Virus record (IMG/VR): IMGVR_UViG_3300009103_000004
Location: 1 to 64,000 of that record
Length of the DNA stretch: 64,000 nt
Source: a virus
Direction: 5' to 3' (one strand)
Below are positions 48,364 through 57,352 of this stretch, one piece after another. The notes under the pieces are model-generated. The model saw nothing but the letters and a program-made list of their open reading frames with translations, was not told the DNA's origin and did no database searches. Position 1 is the stretch's first letter. Each line of letters opens with the position of its first letter. A program made the translations under genes and the position numbers.

Positions 48364-49168
48364 TATTCTTTTTTATTTGTTTCTTGAAATGATCTATCGC
48401 GTTTCCGCGAAATACAAATGTTCCTCTATGGTGTAGCGGGCACATAAGATCAGCCCACACCTCCCCGCCAGCTTCAATCCAACGCTGACAAAATGCATAA
48501 TCCTCAGAAAGATAACGCTTAGATTCAGGGTGTAGCCAAGTGTCAAAGAAAGCCCACATGTTTTCTGCCAAAGGAGTGCCAGCAAAAGATTTAATATCAT
48601 TACGATACTGTAACTCAGGATGCTTCTCCATTAACACAGTAAAGGCTTGTTTCTTTACTAGCATAAATCCCGTACCTATGTTTGCAACTCGAGCAAATCC
48701 GTCTTTTATCTTACCTACAGATTCCCGGTCAACTTCGGTACTATGAACATTGATTACATACCGTGCAGAGCTATGTATAAGTTCGTCGTTAGACAGGTCC
48801 GGGTTTTGCTTTATAGAATCCTTTACTGCATCCCAGTTAACCGTCTTCATAGGGTACACACCGCCAACAACATCCTTGTCAGCAGATAATAACCGATAAA
48901 TGGATTTTGGGTTAAACGTAATGTCTGCGTCTATGAACATAAGATGCGTTGCATCTTTGTCTGCTAAAAATGTAGCTAGTAAACAAGCACGGGCACGTGT
49001 GACCAAACTGTCGTTTGATATTGTTTGAATACTGTATTTTATACCAGTGTCGGATAACTCACTTATTAAGTTACACATACTGCGCATATACTCCACGCTA
49101 ACCATACCGCCGTAACACGGCGTAGCTAGATGTAGGTTAACGCCATCGAAATCATATGATTCGGACAT
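48356..49168 (-). CDS. GT-A fold glycosyltransferase-like protein
   Basis: ATPCYGG, SLVTRAR, HLMFIDAD, GTGFML, LSEDYAFC. Confidence 0.75.
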   Translation of the reverse strand: MSESYDFDGVNLHLATPCYGGMVSVEYMRSMCNLISELSDTGIKYSIQTISNDSLVTRARACLLATFLADKDATHLMFIDADITFNPKSIYRLLSADKDVVGGVYPMKTVNWDAVKDSIKQNPDLSNDELIHSSARYVINVHSTEVDRESVGKIKDGFARVANIGTGFMLVKKQAFTVLMEKHPELQYRNDIKSFAGTPLAENMWAFFDTWLHPESKRYLSEDYAFCQRWIEAGGEVWADLMCPLHHRGTFVFRGNAIDHFKKQIKKNNG

Positions 49169-49183
49169 AATAAATATTAATGC

Positions 49184-49651
49184 TTAGGTTATTGTACGGG
49201 TTAAAGAATCTTCCGATATTGCTCGAGATGCCGGAGAGTTTGTATTGCTGCTCAACGAAACGTTGTAGTTGGTAGATCCAGACGATGAAAACAAATCTTC
49301 CCAGTATACATAGTAACGTTGTTTCTTATAGTAATGGTCGAAATGCCCAACATACTGCATGTTTGAATCCGCTGTAGGTTGCATATTAAAAACACTTCGC
49401 AATGCAACATCGGTATTATAAAAGGTGTCGTAAAGACCTTCTAACGAACGTGGAGCAGGAATCGAATAAACCGTAACGTCAACTAAGTCAGATGCAACCG
49501 GGTCATCTGCATCATTAAAAGTCTGTAAAACAATTTGAGGGGCGACAATGTTACCACTAGGCGCTGGGTTTACAACATCTACAATCCTAGCATTGCTGGA
49601 AATAGTCACAACTTGCGGGCTACATTCTAATATAATCGAGTATAGTTTCAT
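49184..49651 (-). CDS. Hypothetical protein
   Basis: 155 aa ORF. Confidence 0.45.
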   Translation of the reverse strand: MKLYSIILECSPQVVTISSNARIVDVVNPAPSGNIVAPQIVLQTFNDADDPVASDLVDVTVYSIPAPRSLEGLYDTFYNTDVALRSVFNMQPTADSNMQYVGHFDHYYKKQRYYVYWEDLFSSSGSTNYNVSLSSNTNSPASRAISEDSLTRTIT

Positions 49652-49656
49652 AAAAT

Positions 49657-49679
49657 AAAAAACCCTGCCTGGGCAGGGT
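49657..49679 (-). terminator. Rho-independent terminator
   Basis: ACCCTGC/GCAGGGT stem followed by a T-tract. Confidence 0.6.
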
Positions 49680-49724
49680 CGTGTTAATAGTTAGATAATA
49701 AAACGTCACACGACGTTTTATTTA

Positions 49725-50351
49725 TTAATTTAAGTTCAAATCATCGAGATCAATATCATCATCAAACTTTAAGCCAAACCTATCCGAATAATCGTGCGGG
49801 GGTGGCTTTTTCTTCTTATAAAATAATTTAGGATTTGCGGGTTGTATCTCACTGTTGCTGACATGTGACAACTTACTAACTGGAACAACACAAAATTTAC
49901 CGTTTGATACAACTATAACATTATGGTCACTGTCTACAGCTGGTACTAAAAGCCTAACCATCTTTCCCCTGTACATAGCTGCGCCACCCTGCAGCATACA
50001 AAGGAAAAAATCAAACTCACCTTGTGGCATACCTGTAGGTGGTTTTAGAACAGGGGAGTCGGAAATACTCTTAAGTATAATGTGCTGTGCCTTGACATCG
50101 CCCGTGGCACGATACACTACTACTCGCTCTTCCTCAACAAGGGCAGAAACATCTAGGAAAAAATCACCAGGGTTTGGAGTTCTTATAGTGCCAGTCATAA
50201 CATAGCCGTCTGGAAGATTAACCAGGTTGTCTAACTCATGAAGTGCCCAGTCACTAAGACAAAGAGAGTTATTACCTCGATCGTTAAGGACCGAGTCAGG
50301 GGATAATCCCAAAAGGCTAGAAAATGCTTCTCGTAATTCGCCTCTATCCAT
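49725..50351 (-). CDS. Hypothetical protein
   Basis: 208 aa ORF; GTTATAAT lies a few nt upstream of the ATG (possibly a leaderless transcript). Confidence 0.5.
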   Translation of the reverse strand: MDRGELREAFSSLLGLSPDSVLNDRGNNSLCLSDWALHELDNLVNLPDGYVMTGTIRTPNPGDFFLDVSALVEEERVVVYRATGDVKAQHIILKSISDSPVLKPPTGMPQGEFDFFLCMLQGGAAMYRGKMVRLLVPAVDSDHNVIVVSNGKFCVVPVSKLSHVSNSEIQPANPKLFYKKKKPPPHDYSDRFGLKFDDDIDLDDLNLN

Positions 50352-50396
50352 AGCAGCTATTATAACCCCTACGACACCTAAATAAAAGGAAAAACA

Positions 50397-50633
50397 CTAA
50401 AGTGGGCGCGACACAATCTTTACTAACTTACACTTATTATACGGCCTAGCACACACTAGTACCTTCATGCCTACCTGTATGTCATACTTCCACGCATCTT
50501 CTCCTGAAATTAAGCGAATATTCTGTGCACCCTTGGTGTCTGAGTATACCGCAACCCAATGTTTGTGCCTAACTAGGTCAACCTCGGCTTCGTATGTCGT
50601 AGTATACTTTTCTGTAAGTTTAGACTTGGCCAT
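50397..50633 (-). CDS. Hypothetical protein
   Basis: Tightly packed minus-strand ORF. Confidence 0.45.
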   Translation of the reverse strand: MAKSKLTEKYTTTYEAEVDLVRHKHWVAVYSDTKGAQNIRLISGEDAWKYDIQVGMKVLVCARPYNKCKLVKIVSRPL

Positions 50634-50634
50634 G

Positions 50635-50934
50635 TCACTTCAGTGTTTGTTCTGCAAGATCTGGTATACGATCAAAAGCACAACTAAGACAATGCTCTAA
50701 TAATTTAGGATCTTTCAACACAGTATCTTTCATACCCTCTGTTATAAATGCTGTCAGTGCAAGCAAAACACCATTTGCTATACTCCTTTCGACAATACTC
50801 TCATCTGAAGGTATCGGAGTGCTGACATCGGTTAGAACATCTCCTGTATCGTTGGTCTTGATCGAAATACTTATACCGAGAGAGTCGAAATTTATACGCT
50901 CTTCATCACCAGGCTTTAATAAACTGTAAGGCAT
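50635..50934 (-). CDS. Hypothetical protein
   Basis: Tightly packed minus-strand ORF. Confidence 0.45.
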   Translation of the reverse strand: MPYSLLKPGDEERINFDSLGISISIKTNDTGDVLTDVSTPIPSDESIVERSIANGVLLALTAFITEGMKDTVLKDPKLLEHCLSCAFDRIPDLAEQTLK

Positions 50935-50944
50935 AGTAGGTATG

Positions 50945-51451
50945 TTATTTGACTATTTTCCTAAAACGGTCAAGTAACAAGTTACCATACATATCAGCAT
51001 TTTTCTCAGTGTCTTCTGCATCTATCTGTTCTTCAGCGACTAAGTAATGATGAAGTTCATGACCAAATAAAAAAACCAAAGCTTCGCCGGGAGTGTTGAC
51101 CATCAGGGAACTCTCGAGTTTTACAGACACGGTTTGCTCCTTAAGGCAAACATTCCTAGACGTTATAACCTGGCCACTAGGAATTGACTTTTTTAAACCA
51201 GGGAGCGGGAGTACAAGCGGGGGTTCTTTTGTGGCGACCCTAAACGGGTACGGGCCTGGTATGTGAAGGACCATCTCATACGGACGATTTGCACCGTCTA
51301 TATGGTCCAGCCAGCCGTATACACCAAACCCGTACTTACCCCGCTTAACCTTAACATGAGACATGGAGTCACAGTCAAACTTGTATAACCAGACCTTGCA
51401 AAAATCCAATGCAGACTCGTCACATAGCTTGGTACTGATTCTCCAGTTCAT
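50945..51451 (-). CDS. HExxH metallopeptidase-like protein
   Basis: FLFGHELHHY...TEKNAD. Confidence 0.5.
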   Translation of the reverse strand: MNWRISTKLCDESALDFCKVWLYKFDCDSMSHVKVKRGKYGFGVYGWLDHIDGANRPYEMVLHIPGPYPFRVATKEPPLVLPLPGLKKSIPSGQVITSRNVCLKEQTVSVKLESSLMVNTPGEALVFLFGHELHHYLVAEEQIDAEDTEKNADMYGNLLLDRFRKIVK

Positions 51452-51945
51452 GCCTCTAATTCAAACTCTCCCTGAATTTCTCTAAACCCACCGCTGGTTA
51501 ACTTAATAGTTAGGTCAGCTAAGTTAGCCTGCTCCCTCGGGTGAAGGCAAGTCTCGGGATACTTTATGTTAATCCTAAGCTTGCCCTGCTTCCACAGTTC
51601 AGCGTTTTGAACTATAGAGTTAAGAATCTGCATAACAAGTACGAACACGCACTTAACACCAGAACCTTCAGACCGGAAATCCTCCAGTGTCTTTGGTAAG
51701 TTTATAGCATCATCTTTAAACACAGTGTTGAAGCACGCCCGGAAAATACCAGAACCATTCGCAACTCTAATATCTTGCTCGTTTATACCGTCAGCTATCT
51801 GCAGAGATCTGGTAGTATCTATGACTACAGCATTCGGGACGTGAAGCGTAAAGCTATACCCGTAAAACAAAGTTATGGGTGCTAACTCTACCTCCTCCTC
51901 CTGCCCGTCTATTATAACAATCTCCTTCTCATTCTTATCAGACAT
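51448..51945 (-). CDS. Hypothetical protein resembling a degenerate ABC/AAA_21 ATPase core
   Basis: EGSGVK signature-like motif and INIKYPETCLHPREQ (compare IEEPExxLHPxxQ); no intact Walker A. Confidence 0.35.
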   Translation of the reverse strand: MSDKNEKEIVIIDGQEEEVELAPITLFYGYSFTLHVPNAVVIDTTRSLQIADGINEQDIRVANGSGIFRACFNTVFKDDAINLPKTLEDFRSEGSGVKCVFVLVMQILNSIVQNAELWKQGKLRINIKYPETCLHPREQANLADLTIKLTSGGFREIQGEFELEA

Positions 51946-51957
51946 ATATGTTCCTTT

Positions 51958-52329
51958 CTATATAGGTTTTATAGGTTCCCAGTCACGTATACCGCACTGA
52001 GATCGTAGTTTATCAGAAAATAATAAAAGCTGTCTTAGCCACTCAGTTATAGCAACTACATCCTTAGACTCATCAGTCATACCTGCAAGCAGACATGATA
52101 AACGTAAAATAATCAATACCCTGAACTTAACCTCATCCTTTACACCAACATCAAACGGGTAGAGCTCCTTACGTAGCTCATCTGTAAGATGTATACTAGA
52201 TCCAGCATCAAGGAAGTTGGCATCAAATACAGGAGGGCGAACCCACTTGGGGGTTAGCTTTCCTCGTCCTGCAATGTACTTTTCAGACTTCTGTTTATAC
52301 TTTTCCTTATCTTTTTTTTCAATCTTCAT
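51958..52329 (-). CDS. Hypothetical protein
   Basis: 123 aa ORF. Confidence 0.45.
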   Translation of the reverse strand: MKIEKKDKEKYKQKSEKYIAGRGKLTPKWVRPPVFDANFLDAGSSIHLTDELRKELYPFDVGVKDEVKFRVLIILRLSCLLAGMTDESKDVVAITEWLRQLLLFSDKLRSQCGIRDWEPIKPI

Positions 52330-52375
52330 AATAAAGTTCTTGTAACCGAAAACTAAACTGCGTATTTATGCAACC

Positions 52376-52609
52376 ATGAATAAAGAAGAATTAGTAGTAG
52401 CGTATGACGAGTGTCAGGAACTTACTTCAGACTACCAGAATATGGTTGTAGACTATTGCAACAGGTTAGAACTTGCAAAACGCGCAAAGACGGATGAGGA
52501 GTTTACTATGGACATGCAGACGATGGAGTTCATGGAGAACAAACTGCAGGAAGCAGCAACTACGCTGGAAGACAAGATCCAGCGTCTAGAAATCTGCGTT
52601 GGGATGTAA
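52376..52609 (+). CDS. Small acidic coiled-coil protein (only clear plus-strand gene)
   Basis: Fills a gap between minus-strand genes without overlap. Confidence 0.5.
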   Translation: MNKEELVVAYDECQELTSDYQNMVVDYCNRLELAKRAKTDEEFTMDMQTMEFMENKLQEAATTLEDKIQRLEICVGM

Positions 52610-52610
52610 G

Positions 52611-52838
52611 CTAGTATACTTCTTCGTCCAGGAACTTGGTAAGCCTTACTTTAAGCTTACCGAGATCTCCTAGAGTCATATCTAACTCATCAGATAGCTC
52701 TATCGGCCAGTTAACTATAGAGCGCTCGGCAATTTGAACTATGAGTAATGTGTCCTCATAATCAAATTCTGAGTTTAGCCCATGGTGTTTTCTAACCGGG
52801 TGATTCGACTGTTGGTTTTTGTTCATTGTTGTCGCCAA
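52611..52838 (-). CDS. Hypothetical protein
   Basis: Small ORF in a packed array. Confidence 0.4.
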   Translation of the reverse strand: MATTMNKNQQSNHPVRKHHGLNSEFDYEDTLLIVQIAERSIVNWPIELSDELDMTLGDLGKLKVRLTKFLDEEVY

Positions 52839-53049
52839 AATGCTTCCTTAGCGTGTCGAGCTTTGCTTCTGTAGCTGATAACTCATCTAGCTTAGACATT
52901 ACTTTAGAACTGCATGTGTTTCGCTCAGCCATGAGCTGTAGGTCTGCTAATATAATTTCTTTCTCACCAACTAATTTGTTGTGGTACCCAGCAACTGCCC
53001 TAAAGAAAGGACTTGGTGCTTCGTGACTATCTTCTTTTGATTCTGACAT
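52792..53049 (-). CDS. Hypothetical protein
   Basis: Likely start MSESKED at 53049. Confidence 0.4.
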   Translation of the reverse strand: MSESKEDSHEAPSPFFRAVAGYHNKLVGEKEIILADLQLMAERNTCSSKVMSKLDELSATEAKLDTLRKHFGDNNEQKPTVESPG

Positions 53050-53095
53050 AACTTGTGGTTGTAAGTTGTTTATTAAATAATAGTTGTCAAGCGTG

Positions 53096-53467
53096 TTATT
53101 CTGGAAACAGTTCAAACTCAGCTTGATGCACTCTAACATTGTGAGATTCGCCAGCACTAACTACATGAGATATGCGAACTTCTTTAGTATCGTAATCATA
53201 CGTTATAGATATGGGAACAACGGCGCTAGTACCGGGATTGTTTAAAAGCCCAGAGCTGTCACCCCTAGGCATGACCTGCACGAAAAAGACATCGCGTGCA
53301 GACTTTACTGAACCGTTAGGATCCATCTCGCCCTCATGTATGTGCCTACCAATAACTGTTACACGAACGTGATGGGATTGGGCTTCAGAAGTTATCCCCG
53401 TAGTTTTATGACCGCACCTAGTTGCAGAACCTCTACCACCTAATACTTTACTGTAAAAATGACTCAT
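53096..53467 (-). CDS. Hypothetical phage protein
   Basis: Likely start MSHFY at 53467 (the upstream start lies inside a terminator); GGRGSATRCGHK. Confidence 0.5.
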   Translation of the reverse strand: MSHFYSKVLGGRGSATRCGHKTTGITSEAQSHHVRVTVIGRHIHEGEMDPNGSVKSARDVFFVQVMPRGDSSGLLNNPGTSAVVPISITYDYDTKEVRISHVVSAGESHNVRVHQAEFELFPE

Positions 53468-53475
53468 AGTTTTAT

Positions 53476-53504
53476 AAAAAAAACGCTCCCCACTATGGGG
53501 AGCG
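53476..53504 (-). terminator. Rho-independent terminator
   Basis: CGCTCCCCA/TGGGGAGCG stem followed by T8. Confidence 0.75.
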
Positions 53505-53569
53505 CTCAACACCACCGAACAGAAACAGCCGGGCGTTATGGCCCGATGTTTTTGTTTAGTAAATTTTAA

Positions 53570-53914
53570 TTAAAAAGAAGTCCTGGTAACATTGCCAGAA
53601 CGAAATTTTTTGTATTCTTCTTCTGTCATATCCACTATACCTTCTGGTGTGGATACCACATACGTCTTACCTCCGGACTTATACTTTATACGAACAAGAT
53701 TTTCATCGCGCTCATACTTGCCAAAAACTTTCTCGTAGTTATCTAAAAATAACTTACTGACAGGCTTGTCTACATCGCCCTTGCCCTGACCGCTCCACCT
53801 AGAAGGGTCGTCAACACTATGGCCTGGATGTGTGGGCTCTATGCCTGCCGCCCTATCGAGCTTCTCATCCTTTAGCCAGTTACCAAGTGAAGTTACCTTT
53901 TCTTCTTCGCTCAT
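53570..53914 (-). CDS. Hypothetical phage protein
   Basis: GKGD..KP..KLFLDNYEKVFG small-phage-protein pattern. Confidence 0.5.
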   Translation of the reverse strand: MSEEEKVTSLGNWLKDEKLDRAAGIEPTHPGHSVDDPSRWSGQGKGDVDKPVSKLFLDNYEKVFGKYERDENLVRIKYKSGGKTYVVSTPEGIVDMTEEEYKKFRSGNVTRTSF

Positions 53915-54105
53915 AATACTTTTTCAAAAACATTGTCACTTAAAACCCAGTAGCATCCCTTTGGTACGCCAACCCCCTTGGGCCTAAAGAACGTCCCCAT
54001 AATGTCTTCCTTTACCTCAAGTACTTCAAACTCATCACCCACTTCGAGGATGTGATGGTTTATTCGCATCGGCTTTACCACTCTTACTTTCTTTGCATCT
54101 TTCAT
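53911..54105 (-). CDS. Hypothetical protein
   Basis: ATGA overlap with the next gene. Confidence 0.45.
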   Translation of the reverse strand: MKDAKKVRVVKPMRINHHILEVGDEFEVLEVKEDIMGTFFRPKGVGVPKGCYWVLSDNVFEKVL

Positions 54106-54194
54106 TTTCTTTTAAAGGTATATCGCATGACTGTCTAACACAACCCATGAATATCTCAGAAGATTCATTCCAAGATTTTGGCTTAACTAATAGA

Positions 54195-54425
54195 TCAGTC
54201 CTCTTTCTCCAATATTTTCTTATTTTTTTCAACATCATTATCTAACGCAGCAAGACTCTCTTCGAGCATACTGGTAAGTCCTATTTTAAAATAATCATTT
54301 CTAGTAATTTCTTCTTCCCCAATTTTTACAATCATATCGTATGTTTCGTCCTCCATCTCCAAATCTACAGCACAAGACTCAACATCCCTAACCTCTAATA
54401 CTTTTATAACCGGCAAATCTAACAT
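54195..54425 (-). CDS. Hypothetical protein
   Basis: Likely start MLDLPVIKV at 54425. Confidence 0.4.
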   Translation of the reverse strand: MLDLPVIKVLEVRDVESCAVDLEMEDETYDMIVKIGEEEITRNDYFKIGLTSMLEESLAALDNDVEKNKKILEKED

Positions 54426-54461
54426 AAAATTAAATAGTAACACTGTTGCGTTACAGATAAA

Positions 54462-54710
54462 GAAAAAAAAGGTCGGACCACCTCGCCCTGAAACCAAGGC
54501 GAGGCTGCAAAATAAACTCGATAAAGAATTTTAAACTTTAATGCAGGAGGTTTAACTAATGAACATTCAATTTTGAATCTTAATGGCTAGTTACTCCGGG
54601 CCTTCAGCCCTTGTCGGCATCAATAGTTGGATTTCTTTATTCCTTGCATAGGAATGTTATAGCACGTTATTAGCGCGCAGTGAGTTTGTGTTTGCTGGTC
54701 ACGACCTTAA
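54462..54710 (-). ncRNA. Putative structured ncRNA/3'-UTR element with nine 7-nt repeats
   Basis: Closing stem AAGGUCG(U)GACCA / UGGUCCGACCUU; internal hairpins; 63-nt heptamer array at 54523-54585; ends in a U-tract. Confidence 0.6.
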
Positions 54711-54717
54711 AGTCTCT

Positions 54718-55239
54718 TCAAACAGAGATGAAGGTTGTCGCGTTAATGCGATCTATTTCATCCTGAAGATCGGCAAGTTCTCGGTTGATGTCCTGCTCTT
54801 GCCTGTCCACATGCTCCTGGTTGAAGTGAGCTGTGTACTTAAGCTCGACAGGATTCTCAGACCTGTAACTTAGCATCTCTTCAAAATGCTTTCCGTCTTT
54901 TGTTTCGAGCCCACGAAAGAAGGATAAAGTATCCTTCATCTCCGAAAGGCGGTAAATCTTTTCCTGGACTCCAGTTTCAGAGTTGGCCCGCTGGATTGCA
55001 GACTTCAAAGAAACGAGCCTTTGCTTTGTTGTGGTGTATTCGTCAAACACCAAAGCACAATCCACGGTGGACGTGCTCTTTTCGCTCTTGGAGTTTTCAC
55101 GCTCCATTATTCCCCTTAAACGGGAAATTTCCTTAACTAGGAGGTTCTTTTCCTTCAAGGCTCTCGCGAGTGACATTTTGCCCTCGCCCACTTTTTCTGC
55201 ATTACTTGTATCAAGTATACCGTCACCAATATCTGTCAT
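54718..55239 (-). CDS. DIP1984/DUF6847-like alpha-helical protein
   Basis: MSLARALKEKN...LKSAIQRAN...LQDEIDRINATT pattern; start may be MSLARA at ~55176. Confidence 0.55.
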   Translation of the reverse strand: MTDIGDGILDTSNAEKVGEGKMSLARALKEKNLLVKEISRLRGIMERENSKSEKSTSTVDCALVFDEYTTTKQRLVSLKSAIQRANSETGVQEKIYRLSEMKDTLSFFRGLETKDGKHFEEMLSYRSENPVELKYTAHFNQEHVDRQEQDINRELADLQDEIDRINATTFISV

Positions 55240-55266
55240 GATTTATTTTAGTTTTGAGTTTTATAT

Positions 55267-55292
55267 AAAAAAAGCTCTCTAGGAAAGAGAGC
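55267..55292 (-). terminator. Terminator/attenuator-like hairpin in the leader of the DIP1984-like gene
   Basis: GCTCTCT/AGAGAGC stem followed by T7. Confidence 0.55.
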
Positions 55293-55313
55293 TAGCTAAT
55301 AAGCGTTCATGTA

Positions 55314-55321
55314 TATATAAC
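55314..55321 (-). promoter_or_regulatory. Putative promoter element GTTATATA
   Basis: Repeated intergenic motif. Confidence 0.4.
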
Positions 55322-55331
55322 GCAATTATGG

Positions 55332-55370
55332 ACAAGGTTGCACTTTACCCGAAAGCTGGGGCAACCTTGT
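55332..55370. repeat. Perfect 10-bp inverted repeat after the glycan cluster
   Basis: ACAAGGTTGC...GCAACCTTGT directly after the methyltransferase stop. Confidence 0.65.
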
Positions 55371-55939
55371 TATAGATTAAATACCATAACAGAATCTCTA
55401 AACCAACTACAATTTGTGCTAGATTTTTGTAGAGTTTCAGATAATTCATTGTCGTGGGTTAGGCCATACTCGTCCATAACGTCTATAACGTAATCTTGAT
55501 TTTGTTCATTAACATGACCACATCCTCTTTGCCCAATTTTAGCCCAACTAATTATTAGTAAATTGCTGCAATGCCTTAATAAGTTTTCAATATATATTTT
55601 TTCATATTCTTTAGGAATGTGTTCAGCAACTTCTAATGAACAGACCACATCGTACTTTTTATTAAGATCAAATGTTTTAGATAAATCTAAAACCTTACCA
55701 AATCCATCAGTCACTAATTCAACTTCTGGATTGCCGTCGTATGCTTCAACTGCAATTAATGGATTATTCTCTTTTATGTACTTTGCATACTTTGCATCAC
55801 CACATCCAAAGTCTACATATGTATTATAGTTAGAAACTATAGTATTAAGAGTTTTTGAGAAAGATTCATCGTAATGATGATTAATACACGCTCCTTCCCA
55901 GAATCCTCTAGAATTTATTTTTTGTCTATATCGTTTCAC
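55370..55939 (-). CDS. Class I SAM-dependent methyltransferase
   Basis: VDFGCG, YDVVCSLEVAEHI, GHVNEQ. Confidence 0.85.
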   Translation of the reverse strand: MKRYRQKINSRGFWEGACINHHYDESFSKTLNTIVSNYNTYVDFGCGDAKYAKYIKENNPLIAVEAYDGNPEVELVTDGFGKVLDLSKTFDLNKKYDVVCSLEVAEHIPKEYEKIYIENLLRHCSNLLIISWAKIGQRGCGHVNEQNQDYVIDVMDEYGLTHDNELSETLQKSSTNCSWFRDSVMVFNL

Positions 55940-55940
55940 T

Positions 55941-56528
55941 TTAAAAGGGGCTTTTCAAGTGCCTCTTGTAGGGAGTAATGTAATTATCTCCGTACTGATC
56001 GGCCAGTACCTTTACCGTGTCCTTCTTGCTTGGCGCATACGTATCAACACCATACAGTTTGATTTTACGCAACTTATTGTAATCTATTTTGTAATCCATC
56101 CAGAAATCCGACTCTATGATATTAAGTACCAGGTCGCAATGTATGTTCATTTGGGGGAAAGATTTAGGACTGCCGGCAGTGTCAAACGTTAACAGCCATG
56201 CCTGTATTCCATTTATCTTCTGCTTGTCCATGTCGTGAAATCTTTTGTCGAAGGACAAATTGTATTTCGGGTTCTCTATATTGTTATCGTCGCTACAATA
56301 TATTTCCCATTGTGTAAGGTCGTCCACACAAAACCTGAGATCTATGTCATCATCGTGATAGATTGGCTTGCCACGCTCGTACTCTATCAAGTTACCATGC
56401 GAAATTACATATCGCACACCGACATCATCTAACAAAGCGGACATACCCTCCATCAACTGTCTTTTGTAAGACAATACGTATTTGTAAGTCTCCTCGGTTA
56501 CTACGACTTTGTTATGTTTGTATTTCAT
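55941..56528 (-). CDS. licD: LicD-family phosphotransferase
   Basis: GNLI..ERG...HDDDIDL; LADQYGDNYITP. Confidence 0.7.
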   Translation of the reverse strand: MKYKHNKVVVTEETYKYVLSYKRQLMEGMSALLDDVGVRYVISHGNLIEYERGKPIYHDDDIDLRFCVDDLTQWEIYCSDDNNIENPKYNLSFDKRFHDMDKQKINGIQAWLLTFDTAGSPKSFPQMNIHCDLVLNIIESDFWMDYKIDYNKLRKIKLYGVDTYAPSKKDTVKVLADQYGDNYITPYKRHLKSPF

Positions 56529-56533
56529 TTTTA

Positions 56534-57334
56534 TTAGAAAAGTTCTTCACAATATATCCCACTGTTAATACCTTCCCATCTATGCCCATCAACGTTAAAA
56601 TCTTTTAAATCCTCTATTGGGATAGTAAGCCTTGAATCTCCCTCATCATACATCTCCGCAAATGCATCACGCTTTAACTTATGGTTGAATTGAATTTTAC
56701 ATGATTTAAAAACATCCTCACCATACTGACGTTTTAATAAATCTACGGAACAGTTTGGCACAGGGACAGTAAGTCCTTCGTAATCGGCCTTTAGAAGTGG
56801 GAATATATTGTCCACTGGATCCGAAAAAGATTTAATGTGGCCGGAGACCATTTGACGTTTGGGAATTGTCAGCATGCCATCTTTAATATCATAAGTATAA
56901 AAATCGATGAATGGGTAAGCCCTACCCCTGACATAAGTCTTAAATGGAACTCCCCAATCTTTTTTCCATAGAGTCAAGTCCCCTGGCCACAATCCATCTT
57001 CGGTATGTTTGTTTTCCTTTGTCTGCCCGGGAACATATTTTTCTGACCCGTGAATTATCCATTTAGTATATCCCTTTTCTATGTCCTTTGGTGAAGGAAC
57101 ATGTTTCTTTAAATTAGACGTTAATTTGGGTATGTCGTCAGCACTTATGACAATATCAATATCATCATCCCAAGGCATTCGTCTACCATGTCGCAAAGCT
57201 CCTATAAGTGTGCCAAAGGCCAGAAAAAATTTAATATCCTGACTGACTAGAAAGTTAAATGTTTGCTCAAATAAATAAACCAACCTAGCCTCCTGCTCTC
57301 GGCTGAGGTCCATTTCTTTAGATATGCTGTTCAT
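56534..57334 (-). CDS. licD: LicD-family phosphotransferase
   Basis: FGTLIGALRHG..MPWDDDIDI; IFPL; LKRQYG. Confidence 0.85.
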   Translation of the reverse strand: MNSISKEMDLSREQEARLVYLFEQTFNFLVSQDIKFFLAFGTLIGALRHGRRMPWDDDIDIVISADDIPKLTSNLKKHVPSPKDIEKGYTKWIIHGSEKYVPGQTKENKHTEDGLWPGDLTLWKKDWGVPFKTYVRGRAYPFIDFYTYDIKDGMLTIPKRQMVSGHIKSFSDPVDNIFPLLKADYEGLTVPVPNCSVDLLKRQYGEDVFKSCKIQFNHKLKRDAFAEMYDEGDSRLTIPIEDLKDFNVDGHRWEGINSGIYCEELF

Positions 57335-57352
57335 GAATAGACTAGTTTAGAT

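Noticed and set aside
53468-53515. Upstream starts given by the track for several ORFs (53515, 54497, 27209, 32064, 58826, 44474, 2610)
   Set aside because: They run through terminators, the ncRNA or upstream genes; downstream ATGs give better operon packing.
54523-54585. CRISPR array or microsatellite
   Set aside because: The units are 7 nt, degenerate and have no spacers; no cas genes are present.
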